Below, one piece after another: positions 20,512 to 31,202 of a stretch of DNA of 64,000 bases. The position numbers and the translations under genes are program-made. Source of the stretch: an uncultured Mycoplasmatota bacterium (lineage in GTDB: Bacteria; Bacillota_I; Bacilli_A; RF39; UBA660); assembly GCA_946402735.1 (NCBI GenBank), contig CAMIXH010000001.1, positions 5,983-69,982 on the forward strand, given 5' to 3'. The notes beneath the pieces were generated by a model. The model did not search any database. It was not told where the DNA came from and saw only the letters and a list, made by a program, of their open reading frames with translations. How positions within the stretch are numbered: the first letter of the stretch is position 1; the number at the start of each line of letters is the position of its first letter.

Positions 20512-22528
20512 TTTTCTATATTATTTAATACTATTTTTGACAATAATAACATTATTTTTAATCAATAAAGATATTAATAGTAAATATAATGAAACAGATA
20601 GCTTTTTTGAATTATATATAAGAAAATATAAAATTGATGGTGATAAATTAACTATTGAATTTGATGATTTAATTGGTAATTACTATTTTAAAACTTTAGA
20701 AGAGAAAAACTTCTTTTTGAATAATTATTCTTTAAATGATTATATTTATGTAAAAGGATCAATATCTAAACCAAAGAATAATACAATACCTAATACTTTT
20801 AACTATAAAAAGTATTTAGAACATAGAAATATAAAATACATAATTAGTATAGAAGAATATAGCTTAATAAAAAAGAATAGTAATATATTTTATAAGATTA
20901 AAAACTATGTTTATAAAAGAATTAATACATTAAACAATCCTTATCTTTATGCCTTTATTTTAGGTGAAACATCTTATATAGATAATGATGTATATAGTAA
21001 TTATAAAATAAATGGAATAACCCATTTATTTGCATTATCTGGTCTCCACATTAGTATATTTTCATTAGTTGTACTATTCATTTTAAAAAGGTTGAAATGT
21101 AGTGAGATACTATCTTTCTTAATAACAAGTTTATTTCTTATAATATTCTCATTTATTGCATCGTTTACACCATCTATTTTAAGAGCTACTATCTTTTTTA
21201 TATTAAGTCAAATTAATAAGATATGGTATTTTTTTGTTAAGCCAAAATACTTATTATTTTTAACATTTACTATCATAGTTTTAATAAATTATAATTATGT
21301 ATTTTATACTGGATTTATCTTATCATTTACTATTTCATATTTTATATTGCTATTTAATGAAAATAATAAAAATACATCTATAATAAAGATAAGTTTAATA
21401 TCATTTTTATCTAGTTTACCAATCATTGTTAATATGATATATGAAATTAATATAATAGGATTTATTAATAATATATTTTTTATTCCATATGTATCTAGTA
21501 TTGTTTTTCCATTATCATTATTAACATTTATATTTAGTATATTAACACCAATTTTAAACATATTTTTAACTATTATGGAGAGAGTTTCATTTATTAGTAG
21601 TCAAATACTAAATATTTGTGTATTCTTCTCTAAAATATCATTATTTGAATTAGTTTTGTATTATATATTATTAATACTAATTATAAAGAAGAAAAGAGTA
21701 AAAATACTATTTGTAATGTTATTATTAATAATGTATTTTAAACCATATTTTAATGATGACACTAATATTTATTTTACTGATGTATCTCAAGGAGATAGCG
21801 CTTTAATAGTGACAAATAATAATAGAAGTATATTAATTGATACAGGTGGAAGTATTAGCAATGAAAGTGAATCATGGAAGAAAAGAAATAAAACATTTAA
21901 TTTGATGAAATCTAGTATAATACCTTTTTATAAAAGTATTGGTCTTAAAAAAATAGATTATGCCTTTTTTAGTCATGGGGATTCTGATCATATAGGATAT
22001 GCTAAAGATTTAATAGATAATTTTAAGGTAGTTAACAAGTATATTAATAATGATAGTATAAATAATTATGAAATAGAATTAAATGCTTTAAAATATGATA
22101 AAAATCACTTTAAAATTGATAATGTTGAAATAATTAATCTAAATAATAAAATGTATGATAATGAAAATGATAATAGTTTGGTATTATTAATAAAAATAGA
22201 TAATTATAAAATACTATTTATGGGAGATGCATCTATTAAAGTAGAAAATGATTTAATTGATGAGTATGACTTAAAAAATATAGATATTTTAAAAGTAGGA
22301 CATCATGGTAGTGATACTTCTACTAGTAAAGAATTTGTAAATAAGATAAATCCTAAATATTGTATTATATCAGTAGGAGAAAATAATAAATATAATCATC
22401 CTAGTAAAGAAGTATTATATAGATTAAATGATTGCAAAATATATAGAACTGATAAAGATGGAAGTATTATTTTTAAAATTAAAAATAACAAATTAACAAT
22501 AGAAATGTTAGCTCCATATAGAGATTAG
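20480..22528 (+). CDS. comEC: DNA uptake channel ComEC/Rec2
   Basis: GITHLFALSGLH competence domain, many TM helices, MBL domain (QGD, SHGDSDH, KVGHHGS). Confidence 0.92.
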   Translation: MLRLRKILLCDFLYYLILFLTIITLFLINKDINSKYNETDSFFELYIRKYKIDGDKLTIEFDDLIGNYYFKTLEEKNFFLNNYSLNDYIYVKGSISKPKNNTIPNTFNYKKYLEHRNIKYIISIEEYSLIKKNSNIFYKIKNYVYKRINTLNNPYLYAFILGETSYIDNDVYSNYKINGITHLFALSGLHISIFSLVVLFILKRLKCSEILSFLITSLFLIIFSFIASFTPSILRATIFFILSQINKIWYFFVKPKYLLFLTFTIIVLINYNYVFYTGFILSFTISYFILLFNENNKNTSIIKISLISFLSSLPIIVNMIYEINIIGFINNIFFIPYVSSIVFPLSLLTFIFSILTPILNIFLTIMERVSFISSQILNICVFFSKISLFELVLYYILLILIIKKKRVKILFVMLLLIMYFKPYFNDDTNIYFTDVSQGDSALIVTNNNRSILIDTGGSISNESESWKKRNKTFNLMKSSIIPFYKSIGLKKIDYAFFSHGDSDHIGYAKDLIDNFKVVNKYINNDSINNYEIELNALKYDKNHFKIDNVEIINLNNKMYDNENDNSLVLLIKIDNYKILFMGDASIKVENDLIDEYDLKNIDILKVGHHGSDTSTSKEFVNKINPKYCIISVGENNKYNHPSKEVLYRLNDCKIYRTDKDGSIIFKIKNNKLTIEMLAPYRD

Positions 22529-22565
22529 TAATTAATGTGATATAATTATAATAGGAGTTGATAAT

Positions 22566-23315
22566 ATGGAAGAATTTTATAGAATACTTAGTTTAGATGA
22601 AAATGATATTGATTCTTATATTAATTCTTGTTTCATTCTTTTATATGGAATGTATTATCCGGAAATATCTTTATCTAACGATGGTGGAGAAATATATCAA
22701 AATTGGATTAATCCAGATACTCCATATTTACCTTCTGGTTCAAGATCTAAAGGATTTAAAATTGATAAGCAATTTATAAAAGATTTTATAATAGATACTA
22801 AAGATAAATTTGGTAAAATACCAATAGAAAAATTAAAAGTAAAGCTAACTGAGGATACAATAATAAAATGGTTTAATATGTATGTACAGATGTATTTTGG
22901 TCCATTATATGATGAAAGTAAAAGGAAAGAAATATATGGCTATGGTTTATTAAATTCAGTTGGTGAAACATTAAATATTTCTGAGTTAAAAGGATTAAAT
23001 GTTGCAAGATGTATTGAAAAGTCTGCTGCATTAAATGCAATTTTAAATTTCTTATATATTAAATCATCTTTAGTATTATCAGATGCTAATGGCGTTGGAC
23101 ATGCATATTGTTTAGTTAATACAAATGATAAATACTATATAGTAGATCCTAATTTTTATGGAAAAGATTCTAATGGTAAAGGAATCCATTATATGTTTGA
23201 AATAAATCCACATGAGAAATATTGTTCATTTGATCCATCATTATATGGAGACAATGAATCATTAAAAGTATATTATGAGTTTCCATGTGAAAAAATGACA
23301 GGTATGAGGCAATAA
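22566..23315 (+). CDS. Hypothetical protein with transglutaminase-like Cys-His-Asp triad
   Basis: ARCIEKSAAL...GHAYCLV...YIVDPN motif order. Confidence 0.5.
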   Translation: MEEFYRILSLDENDIDSYINSCFILLYGMYYPEISLSNDGGEIYQNWINPDTPYLPSGSRSKGFKIDKQFIKDFIIDTKDKFGKIPIEKLKVKLTEDTIIKWFNMYVQMYFGPLYDESKRKEIYGYGLLNSVGETLNISELKGLNVARCIEKSAALNAILNFLYIKSSLVLSDANGVGHAYCLVNTNDKYYIVDPNFYGKDSNGKGIHYMFEINPHEKYCSFDPSLYGDNESLKVYYEFPCEKMTGMRQ

Positions 23316-23334
23316 AAAAAGGAAGGTAATTGTT

Positions 23335-23964
23335 ATGTTTGTAGATGAAGATCTTATTCAAAGAAATCAAGATACTATTAATTTTTTTAATGCTGATGCT
23401 ATGTTTGAAGAATTAAGTAATTTCGTTGATAAATATGGTTATAAGTATATTTTCAATAGAGATTTTGCTACTGAAGAAGAATGTATTATAAACTATTGTG
23501 TTAGATCACACGCTGTTAAATTGGCAATGGATGCTTGTGAACATTATAGTAAAGCAATTTTAATTAAAAATGGTTATCAATGGGATGATATGAAAAATGT
23601 TGGGCATAATCTTTTAAGGGCATATGAATTATTCATTGATGATGATAAAGATATAATCAAGAATACTGTTTTTTTTAAAGATAGTCCGTTGATAGATTAT
23701 TCAGCATATAAATCAAATTCTACTGTTAAATTACTTATAAGTGATGATTTAAGAACTCCAAAATCAGAAAGCGTTAGTTTTGAAGAAAGATTATCATCTC
23801 TTTCTTCTGAGAGGATATTACCTAATATAAAATCTAGATATCCCGGTCAGACATTAGTTGACTATGATGAAAAGTTTATAATAGCATATGCAACTATTTT
23901 ACATGAACTATGTTATAAATATAAAACAATAAGAGAGTTTTATGGTGATGAAATAGCTTTATAA
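23335..23964 (+). CDS. HEPN-like domain protein
   Basis: ACEHYSKAIL...GHNL...SRYPG follows the EK.LKA...H.L...RYP pattern of MNT-associated HEPN. Confidence 0.5.
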   Translation: MFVDEDLIQRNQDTINFFNADAMFEELSNFVDKYGYKYIFNRDFATEEECIINYCVRSHAVKLAMDACEHYSKAILIKNGYQWDDMKNVGHNLLRAYELFIDDDKDIIKNTVFFKDSPLIDYSAYKSNSTVKLLISDDLRTPKSESVSFEERLSSLSSERILPNIKSRYPGQTLVDYDEKFIIAYATILHELCYKYKTIREFYGDEIAL

Positions 23965-24123
23965 GACAAAGAACTAGTTTTAATAATTAGTTCTTTTTAT
24001 GTTATACTTTATTTAGGAGATACAAGTTATGTCATATGAAGAAATATAAAGGATTAAGAATAAAAATGTGTTAAAATAAAGGCAGTGAGGAAAAGATTTT
24101 ATTAAATCAATAAAGGAGGTTTT

Positions 24124-24660
24124 ATGAAAATAATTAAAGGAGACAAAGTTTGGGTTCAAAAGTATAATATTGCAGCCTTATTAGATGCATTATCTGATTT
24201 GAAAATACCTATTGGCAATGAGGTATGTAATGCTATATGGGGCGATGCTTTTACAGCAACTTCAGAAGATATGTTTGAGTTTGTAGAATTGTCAGGACCA
24301 GAAGTAGTTAAATTTTTTGAAAGCTTAGATTTTGTAGTTAATTATGATGATTTAAAAGATAAAGGAGAAGCAGAAGTTTTATCATTTGGTCAAAGTGTTC
24401 AAGAAGATGTAATTGATAAAACATCTAAAACAAAGAGTTCAAAAGTTCAACAACAATTAAGTCATGCAGCATTTTTAAAAATGTATGATATTAGAAACTA
24501 TTTATGGTATTTACAAGGAAGTATTACATTTAAAATTCCAACTGTTTGTGAAGAAGAAGTAATCGAAGTGACATCAGTAGAAACACCACAAAGAGAAAGT
24601 GGATTTAGAAGACTTCTTAGAAGTATTAGAAGAGGTAATAAAAGAGGAGGCTTACAATAA
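24124..24660 (+). CDS. Hypothetical protein
   Basis: Strong RBS AAGGAGG; 178 aa ORF with no motif I recognise. Confidence 0.6.
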   Translation: MKIIKGDKVWVQKYNIAALLDALSDLKIPIGNEVCNAIWGDAFTATSEDMFEFVELSGPEVVKFFESLDFVVNYDDLKDKGEAEVLSFGQSVQEDVIDKTSKTKSSKVQQQLSHAAFLKMYDIRNYLWYLQGSITFKIPTVCEEEVIEVTSVETPQRESGFRRLLRSIRRGNKRGGLQ

Positions 24661-24700
24661 GTCTCTTTTTATTTTATATAAAATGATTTATAATTAAATT

Positions 24701-25594
24701 ATGGAAAAAGATGAATTTGTTAAACTAAATGTTATAAAAGATTTTAGTAATTATATAATGGCTAAAAATTATTCTATTAATACATATACATCATATATTA
24801 GCGATTTATATTACTTTTATTTGTTTGTAAAAAAAGATTTAACTAAAGTAACAGATTCAGATATAAGAAGTTATATAGAAAAGTTAAATAAACAAGAAGA
24901 AAAACCAACAAGTATTAGAAGAAGAATTAGTACTTTAAAATCATTTTATAAATATTTATATAAAAATGGTTATATGGATAAAAAAGATTATCCATTAAAT
25001 AAAACAGTATATCCTAAAGTAGAAAAAAGACTTCCTAAGTTTATTTATTATAATGATTTACTTGAAATAATAGATGAATCAACAAGAGATACAGATGGCA
25101 TAAGAGATAGATTAATAATTGAAATGTTATATGCTACTGGAACTCGTGTTAGTGAACTAGTAAATATAAAATATAGTGATATAGATTTTAATAATAAAAG
25201 AATTAGAGTATGTGGAAAAGGTAATAAAGAAAGAATAGTATATTTTGGTGATTATGCTAATGATGCTTTAAAAGAATATATGGCTTCTCATAAAAAGAAT
25301 GAACAAGGTTATGTGTTTACTAATAGTAATGGTGGACAATTAACTGATAGAGGAGTTAGGTATATTATTGATAAAATAATGAATAAATTATCAGTTAAAG
25401 TTCATGTGACACCACATGTTTTAAGACATACTTTTGCAACAGATATGTTAAATAATGGTTGTGATATAAAAGTAGTTCAAGAACTATTAGGTCATGCTAG
25501 TTTACAAACTACAGAAGTATATACACATGTTACAAATGAAAGATTAAAAGAAGTTTATTATAGCTGTTTTCCAAGGAGGGATAGAGATGAGTAA
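24701..25594 (+). CDS. xerC: XerC/XerD-family tyrosine recombinase
   Basis: LYATGTRVSEL, GKGNKER, HVLRHTFAT, QELLGH, TEVYTHV catalytic residues; paralogue assignment uncertain. Confidence 0.8.
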   Translation: MEKDEFVKLNVIKDFSNYIMAKNYSINTYTSYISDLYYFYLFVKKDLTKVTDSDIRSYIEKLNKQEEKPTSIRRRISTLKSFYKYLYKNGYMDKKDYPLNKTVYPKVEKRLPKFIYYNDLLEIIDESTRDTDGIRDRLIIEMLYATGTRVSELVNIKYSDIDFNNKRIRVCGKGNKERIVYFGDYANDALKEYMASHKKNEQGYVFTNSNGGQLTDRGVRYIIDKIMNKLSVKVHVTPHVLRHTFATDMLNNGCDIKVVQELLGHASLQTTEVYTHVTNERLKEVYYSCFPRRDRDE

Positions 25595-26186
25595 ATTATA
25601 TTATAGATATGGTGCAATGAATTGTGGAAAAACTACGGCTCTTTTGCAAGTGGCTCACAATTATGAAGAAAGAGGAATGAAAGTTAAAATATTAAAACCG
25701 GGTGTTGATACTAAAGGAAATGATAAGATAGTAACTAGAATAGGTCTTAAAAGAAAAGTAGATCATCTAATTAAAAGTGATGAAAAATTAAGTAATTATC
25801 TAAATAAACTAGATAAAGATATTGAATGCATTTTAGTAGATGAATCACAATTCTTAACAAGAGATCAAGTTGATGAATTATTTATGTATACTAAATTAAA
25901 AGATAGACCAGTTATATGTTATGGACTTAGAACTGATTTTAAAACAATTGCTTTTCCTGGTAGTTTGAGATTATTTGAAGTGGCTGATGTTTTAGAAGAA
26001 TTATATACAATATGCAGATGTGGAAAAAGAGCAAAATTTAATGCTAGAATAGTTAATGGAGAGTTTACTTCTTCTGGAGAACAAGTAGCTATAGATGGTG
26101 AAAATGAAGTAACATATGAATCTTTATGTGGTAAATGTTATTTAGAAAAAGTACTAGGAATAACAGAAGAAAAATTTAGTGAATAA
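25587..26186 (+). CDS. tdk: Thymidine kinase
   Basis: YGAMNCGKTT, VDESQFL, YGLRTDF, Zn-binding CRC/CGKC. Confidence 0.95.
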   Translation: MSKLYYRYGAMNCGKTTALLQVAHNYEERGMKVKILKPGVDTKGNDKIVTRIGLKRKVDHLIKSDEKLSNYLNKLDKDIECILVDESQFLTRDQVDELFMYTKLKDRPVICYGLRTDFKTIAFPGSLRLFEVADVLEELYTICRCGKRAKFNARIVNGEFTSSGEQVAIDGENEVTYESLCGKCYLEKVLGITEEKFSE

Positions 26187-26263
26187 AAGGAGTAAAATAC
26201 TTCTTTTTTTTGTTGTTTAATAATTTTATAAATGATATAATATTAGAGTTGTTAGGAGGAAAA

Positions 26264-28906
26264 ATGGAAAAGAAAAAATATGTTTATCTTTTTAGTGAAG
26301 GTAACGCAAACATGAGAGAACTTCTTGGTGGTAAAGGTGCTAACTTAGCAGAAATGACTAATATCGGTTTACCAGTTCCACAAGGATTCACTGTTACAAC
26401 AGAAGCTTGTACTCAATACTATGAAGATGGTCGTGAAATTAACGATGAAATCAAAGTTCAAGTAACTGAGTATATTGCTAAACTTGAAGAAATAACAGGA
26501 AAGAAATTTGGTGATAAAGAAAATCCATTATTAGTTTCTGTTAGATCTGGAGCAAGAGCTTCTATGCCAGGTATGATGGATACAATTCTTAATCTTGGTT
26601 TAAATGAAGATGTTGTAGAAGTATTAAGTGAAAAATCAGGAAATCCTAGATGGGCATGGGACTGCTACAGAAGATTTATTCAAATGTATTCTGATGTAGT
26701 TATGGAAGTAGGTAAAAAATACTTTGAACAACTAATCGACAAAATGAAAGAACAAAAAGGAGTTACTCAAGATGTTGATCTAACTGCTGAAGATTTAAAA
26801 GAATTAGCAGGACAATTTAAGAAAGAATATAAGAGTAAGATAGGATCAGAATTTCCAAGTGATCCAATTGAACAATTATGGGGAGCAATTAAGGCTGTAT
26901 TTAGAAGTTGGGATAACCCAAGAGCTAATGTATATAGAAGAGATAATGATATTCCTTATTCATGGGGAACTGCTGTAAATGTACAAAGTATGGCATTCGG
27001 TAACATGGGAGATGACTGTGGAACTGGTGTTGCATTTACAAGAGATCCAGCAACAGGAGAAAAAGGATTATTCGGAGAATTCTTAACAAATGCACAAGGA
27101 GAAGATGTAGTTGCTGGTGTTAGAACACCAATGCATATTACAGAAATGGAACAAAAATTCCCAGAAGCATTTGAACAATTTAAAAATGTATGTAAAACTT
27201 TAGAAGATCATTATCGTGATATGCAAGATATGGAGTTTACTGTTGAACATGGAAAACTTTATATGTTACAAACTCGTAATGGTAAAAGAACTGCTCAAGC
27301 TTCAATTAAGATTGCTTGTGATTTAGTTGATGAAGGAATGAGAACAGAAGAAGAGGCTGTTGAAATGATAGATCCTCGTAACTTGGATACATTACTTCAC
27401 CCAACATTTGATCCAAAAGCATTAAAAGAAGCAGAACCTATTGGAAAAGCTTTAGGAGCTTCACCTGGTGCTGCTTGTGGTAAAGTTGTATTTACTGCAG
27501 AAGATGCTGAAGAATGGGCAAAAAGAAAAGAAAAAGTAATTTTAGTTCGTTTAGAAACATCACCAGAAGACATTGTTGGTATGAAGGCTAGCCAAGGTAT
27601 ACTAACAGTTAGAGGTGGAAGAACATCTCACGCTGCAGTTGTTGCTCGTGGAATGGGTAAATGTTGTGTTTCAGGATGTACTGAAATCAATATGGATGAA
27701 GAAAATAAGAAATTCACTTTAGCTGGAAAAACATATCATGAAGGAGATGTAATTTCAATTGATGGAACTACAGGTAATATTTATGATGGTGCTATTCCAA
27801 CTGTAGAGGCAACTGTTTCAGGTGATTTCGGAAGAATTATGGCATGGGCTGATAAGTATCGTGTATTAAAAGTTAGAACTAATGCTGATACTCCAACAGA
27901 TGCTGCACGTGCTCGTGAATTAGGAGCAGAAGGAATTGGTCTTTGTAGAACAGAGCATATGTTCTTCGAACCAGATAGAATTGCTGCTATTCGTGAAATG
28001 ATTTGTTCAGATACTGTAGAACAAAGAGAAGCTGCTCTTGCAAAATTAGAACCTATGCAACAAGGAGACTTCGAAAAATTATATGAAGCTATGGATGGAT
28101 ATGGAGTAACAATTCGTTATTTAGACCCACCACTTCATGAATTTGTTCCAACAGAAGAAAAAGATATAGAAGCATTAGCTAAGACTCAAGGTAAGACAGT
28201 AGAAGATATTAAGAATATTATTGCTTCACTTCATGAATTTAACCCAATGATGGGTCATAGAGGTTGCCGTCTTGCTGTTACTTATCCAGAAATAGCTAAG
28301 ATGCAAACAAGAGCCGTTATTAAAGCTGCTATTGCTGTATCTAAGAAGACTGGTCATGCAATTGAACCAGAAATTATGATTCCACTAGTTGGAGAAGTAA
28401 AAGAATTAAAATATGTTAAAGATATAGTTTGTGAAACTGCAGATGAGGTAATTAAAGAAGCTAAAGCTGATATAAAATATCATGTTGGTACTATGATTGA
28501 AATACCAAGAGCTGCTTTAACTGCTGATGAAATTGCTAAAGAAGCTGAATTCTTCTCATTTGGTACAAATGACTTAACTCAAATGACATTTGGATTCTCA
28601 AGAGATGATGCTGGTAAATTCTTAGGAGCTTATTATGACAAGAAGATCTATGAAAACGATCCATTCCAAAAAATAGATCAAGTTGGAGTAGGAAAACTTG
28701 TTAAAATGGCTGTAGAATTAGGAAAACAAACTCGTCCAGATATCCATTTAGGAATCTGTGGTGAACATGGTGGAGATCCATCAACTATTGAATTCTGTCA
28801 TAATGTTGGACTTACATATGTATCTTGTTCTCCATACAGAGTACCAGTTGCTAGACTTGCTGCTGCACAAGCTGCTATTAAGGCTGGAATTGAAAAGAAA
28901 AACTAA
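26264..28906 (+). CDS. ppdK: Pyruvate phosphate dikinase
   Basis: LLGGKGANLAEM, GGRTSHAAVVARG phospho-His motif, GICGEHGG; its last codons are supplied by the ICE left end. Confidence 0.98.
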   Translation: MEKKKYVYLFSEGNANMRELLGGKGANLAEMTNIGLPVPQGFTVTTEACTQYYEDGREINDEIKVQVTEYIAKLEEITGKKFGDKENPLLVSVRSGARASMPGMMDTILNLGLNEDVVEVLSEKSGNPRWAWDCYRRFIQMYSDVVMEVGKKYFEQLIDKMKEQKGVTQDVDLTAEDLKELAGQFKKEYKSKIGSEFPSDPIEQLWGAIKAVFRSWDNPRANVYRRDNDIPYSWGTAVNVQSMAFGNMGDDCGTGVAFTRDPATGEKGLFGEFLTNAQGEDVVAGVRTPMHITEMEQKFPEAFEQFKNVCKTLEDHYRDMQDMEFTVEHGKLYMLQTRNGKRTAQASIKIACDLVDEGMRTEEEAVEMIDPRNLDTLLHPTFDPKALKEAEPIGKALGASPGAACGKVVFTAEDAEEWAKRKEKVILVRLETSPEDIVGMKASQGILTVRGGRTSHAAVVARGMGKCCVSGCTEINMDEENKKFTLAGKTYHEGDVISIDGTTGNIYDGAIPTVEATVSGDFGRIMAWADKYRVLKVRTNADTPTDAARARELGAEGIGLCRTEHMFFEPDRIAAIREMICSDTVEQREAALAKLEPMQQGDFEKLYEAMDGYGVTIRYLDPPLHEFVPTEEKDIEALAKTQGKTVEDIKNIIASLHEFNPMMGHRGCRLAVTYPEIAKMQTRAVIKAAIAVSKKTGHAIEPEIMIPLVGEVKELKYVKDIVCETADEVIKEAKADIKYHVGTMIEIPRAALTADEIAKEAEFFSFGTNDLTQMTFGFSRDDAGKFLGAYYDKKIYENDPFQKIDQVGVGKLVKMAVELGKQTRPDIHLGICGEHGGDPSTIEFCHNVGLTYVSCSPYRVPVARLAAAQAAIKAGIEKKN
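28865..28899 (+). other. attL of the ICE, inside the ppdK 3' end
   Basis: GCACAAGCTGC (28865-28875) is identical to 61071-61081; arm TGGAATTGAAAAGAA (28885-28899) is a 14/15 inverted match to 61044-61058. Confidence 0.85.
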
Positions 28907-28995
28907 TAATTCCTTAAAATAGCGTTATTTATTGAAATAAGTCATTATTTCCATTAGATAACATAAAGGCAAAAAATTAATATTTTAAGAAAAAT

Positions 28996-29040
28996 AAAGA
29001 CTAAGATGACAAATATTGTCGCAAATCTTAGTCTTTTTTT
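28996..29040 (+). terminator. ICE-borne terminator for ppdK
   Basis: AAAGACTAAGAT...ATCTTAGTCTTT inverted repeat plus T-tract. Confidence 0.75.
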
Positions 29041-29074
29041 GCTTTTATGCGACAGAAAATGGAGGTAATGAAAA

Positions 29075-29548
29075 ATGCGAATTTTATATACAAAGCCTGA
29101 ATTAGTAGATCTATCACAAGGATCAAGAATTGCTTTTGCAAGACAATTTAGATTTATGACTCAGGATGATGTTTCAGATAAATTAGGGTTAACTGGAGAA
29201 TGTAAAAGAAGGACGATGACTAGATATGAAAAAGGCAATCGAAATCCTAAGGATGATAGGACATCAGAAATAGCAAAAATATTAGATATAAATATTAATG
29301 CAATAAAAAAATATGATTATAAAGAACCTATAGATTTATTATATACATTAATGTGGCTAGAGGAATTAATTCCAAAATATCAAATTGATATATCTAAAGT
29401 ACCAAATATTAATGATGAAAATATTGTAATGTTCAAACAATTTATTAATGAGTGGAATGTAATGAGAGAAAAGAGAAATAAGAGGGAAATTACTTATGAG
29501 GAATATATTGAATGGAAACTAACTTATGAGGTGAAATCTTATGACTAA
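29075..29548 (+). CDS. XRE-family HTH regulator
   Basis: RIAFARQFRFMTQDDVSDKLG...RYEKGNRNPK. Confidence 0.8.
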   Translation: MRILYTKPELVDLSQGSRIAFARQFRFMTQDDVSDKLGLTGECKRRTMTRYEKGNRNPKDDRTSEIAKILDININAIKKYDYKEPIDLLYTLMWLEELIPKYQIDISKVPNINDENIVMFKQFINEWNVMREKRNKREITYEEYIEWKLTYEVKSYD

Positions 29549-30401
29549 AAAACAAAAGATATTATTATCTAAAATAGATAGTTTTAAAGACCATCCATTC
29601 CATGTTAATAATGATGAATCATTAAAAGAATTAGCTAATAGCATAAAAGAAAATGGTTTATATACGCCATTAACAGTAAGATTAAAAGAAGATGGAAGAT
29701 ATGAATTAATATCTGGGCATAGAAGAAAAGCAGCAATGGAGTTGCTTGGTATAACTGAGACAGAAGCTTATGTGAAAGAACTTGCTGATGAAGAGGCAAC
29801 AATTGAAATGGTAGATTCTAATATGTATAGAGAAAAAATACTTCCATCTGAAAAAGCTTTTGCTTATAAAATGAAATATGATGCTATAAAACATCAAGGA
29901 AAGAAAACTTCTGGACATGATGTCCAAAAGTTAGATGATAACTCAGATAGAAATATTAGAAGATATATTAGATTAACTAATTTAATTCCTGAATTATTAC
30001 AATTGGTTGATGATACTGTCTTAAAGGATAAAAGAACAGCACTAACAATGGGATTATTACCAGCTGTAGAATTATCTTATTTAAATAAAGAAGAACAAAA
30101 ACTTGTCTATATGGGAATAACTTATGAAGATTTAACTCCTAGTCATGGACAAGCCAAGCAATTAAGAAAGTTAAGTAATGAAGGTAACATAACATTCGAT
30201 TCAGTAGAAGAAATATTATGTAAGAGCAAAGGTAATCAGCAAGAACAAATATCTTTTAATAAGGAACGAATTGAAAAAGTTCTTCCAACAGAATTACTTA
30301 AAAGAGATAAAAGATATATTGAACAGTATATCATCAAAGCAATTGAGAATTATAAACAGCAAGAAATTGAAAGGGGTGATGTATATGATTTAGATATGTA
30401 G
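29541..30401 (+). CDS. ParB-like partition protein (ICE type)
   Basis: HPF, LANSIKENG, YELISGHRR, MVDSN..RE.ILPSEKAFAY. Confidence 0.85.
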   Translation: MTKKQKILLSKIDSFKDHPFHVNNDESLKELANSIKENGLYTPLTVRLKEDGRYELISGHRRKAAMELLGITETEAYVKELADEEATIEMVDSNMYREKILPSEKAFAYKMKYDAIKHQGKKTSGHDVQKLDDNSDRNIRRYIRLTNLIPELLQLVDDTVLKDKRTALTMGLLPAVELSYLNKEEQKLVYMGITYEDLTPSHGQAKQLRKLSNEGNITFDSVEEILCKSKGNQQEQISFNKERIEKVLPTELLKRDKRYIEQYIIKAIENYKQQEIERGDVYDLDM

Positions 30402-30457
30402 CACCCTAGATATCTTACTTTACATATTATAAAATATAATTGAAGAGGTGGAAAGGA

Positions 30458-31126
30458 ATGAAAAAAAGTATTTTATTTATATCCATTATATCTCTTATTT
30501 CTGTAAGTATTGTAGCATTGATCTTATTCATTAATAGAAATAAGAATGAGTTAACAATAAATGATGGAAGTAATAATGAAATCATAGAATCTAATAGTTC
30601 TATAGAAGAGGAGGAGATATTAGATGAAAATATTACAGAAAGTATTGAAGATGATGCTAGTGGTGTTCAAGACAATGATTCTAGCATTCATAACTCTAAT
30701 AAGAATGATTTGGAGAGCAATAGTGCTAGTAACTCTAATGTCATAAAAGAAAGTAAAACAAAAGAAAAGAAGACTTCTACACAACCTGTGTCGAAGTCAG
30801 AACCAGAGAGTAAACAAGAGGTTAAAGAAACCAATAACGAAGATAATACATCAGTAAATAAAGAAGAACCAAAAAAGCAAACTCCATGGGAAGCTTTAGG
30901 AGTATCAGAATATCATTATTATAATGAGCCAATGTATAGTTGGGAAAGAGTTGATTTTCCTGTAAGCAAATATGGTAGTGAAGCTAATTGTAGAAAAGCT
31001 TGTGCAGAATATGGAGATAATTATGAACCATATAAAAATGGTGAAGTATTATATAGTTGTTCTATAGTAACAAGTTTATCTGGAAAGTATTTAGGCGAAT
31101 ATTTTTCAACTGAAAAATTAAATTAA
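30458..31126 (+). CDS. Membrane-anchored protein with low-complexity stalk and Cys-containing C-terminal domain
   Basis: N-terminal TM helix, S/E/N/K-rich linker, C-terminal CRKAC...YSC. Confidence 0.65.
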   Translation: MKKSILFISIISLISVSIVALILFINRNKNELTINDGSNNEIIESNSSIEEEEILDENITESIEDDASGVQDNDSSIHNSNKNDLESNSASNSNVIKESKTKEKKTSTQPVSKSEPESKQEVKETNNEDNTSVNKEEPKKQTPWEALGVSEYHYYNEPMYSWERVDFPVSKYGSEANCRKACAEYGDNYEPYKNGEVLYSCSIVTSLSGKYLGEYFSTEKLN

Positions 31127-31202
31127 TTATTAAATATAAGCATTCATAGTAATGCTTTTTATTTTGGAAAAATTTATTTATTGATAAAAGAAGGAGGAAA
31201 AA

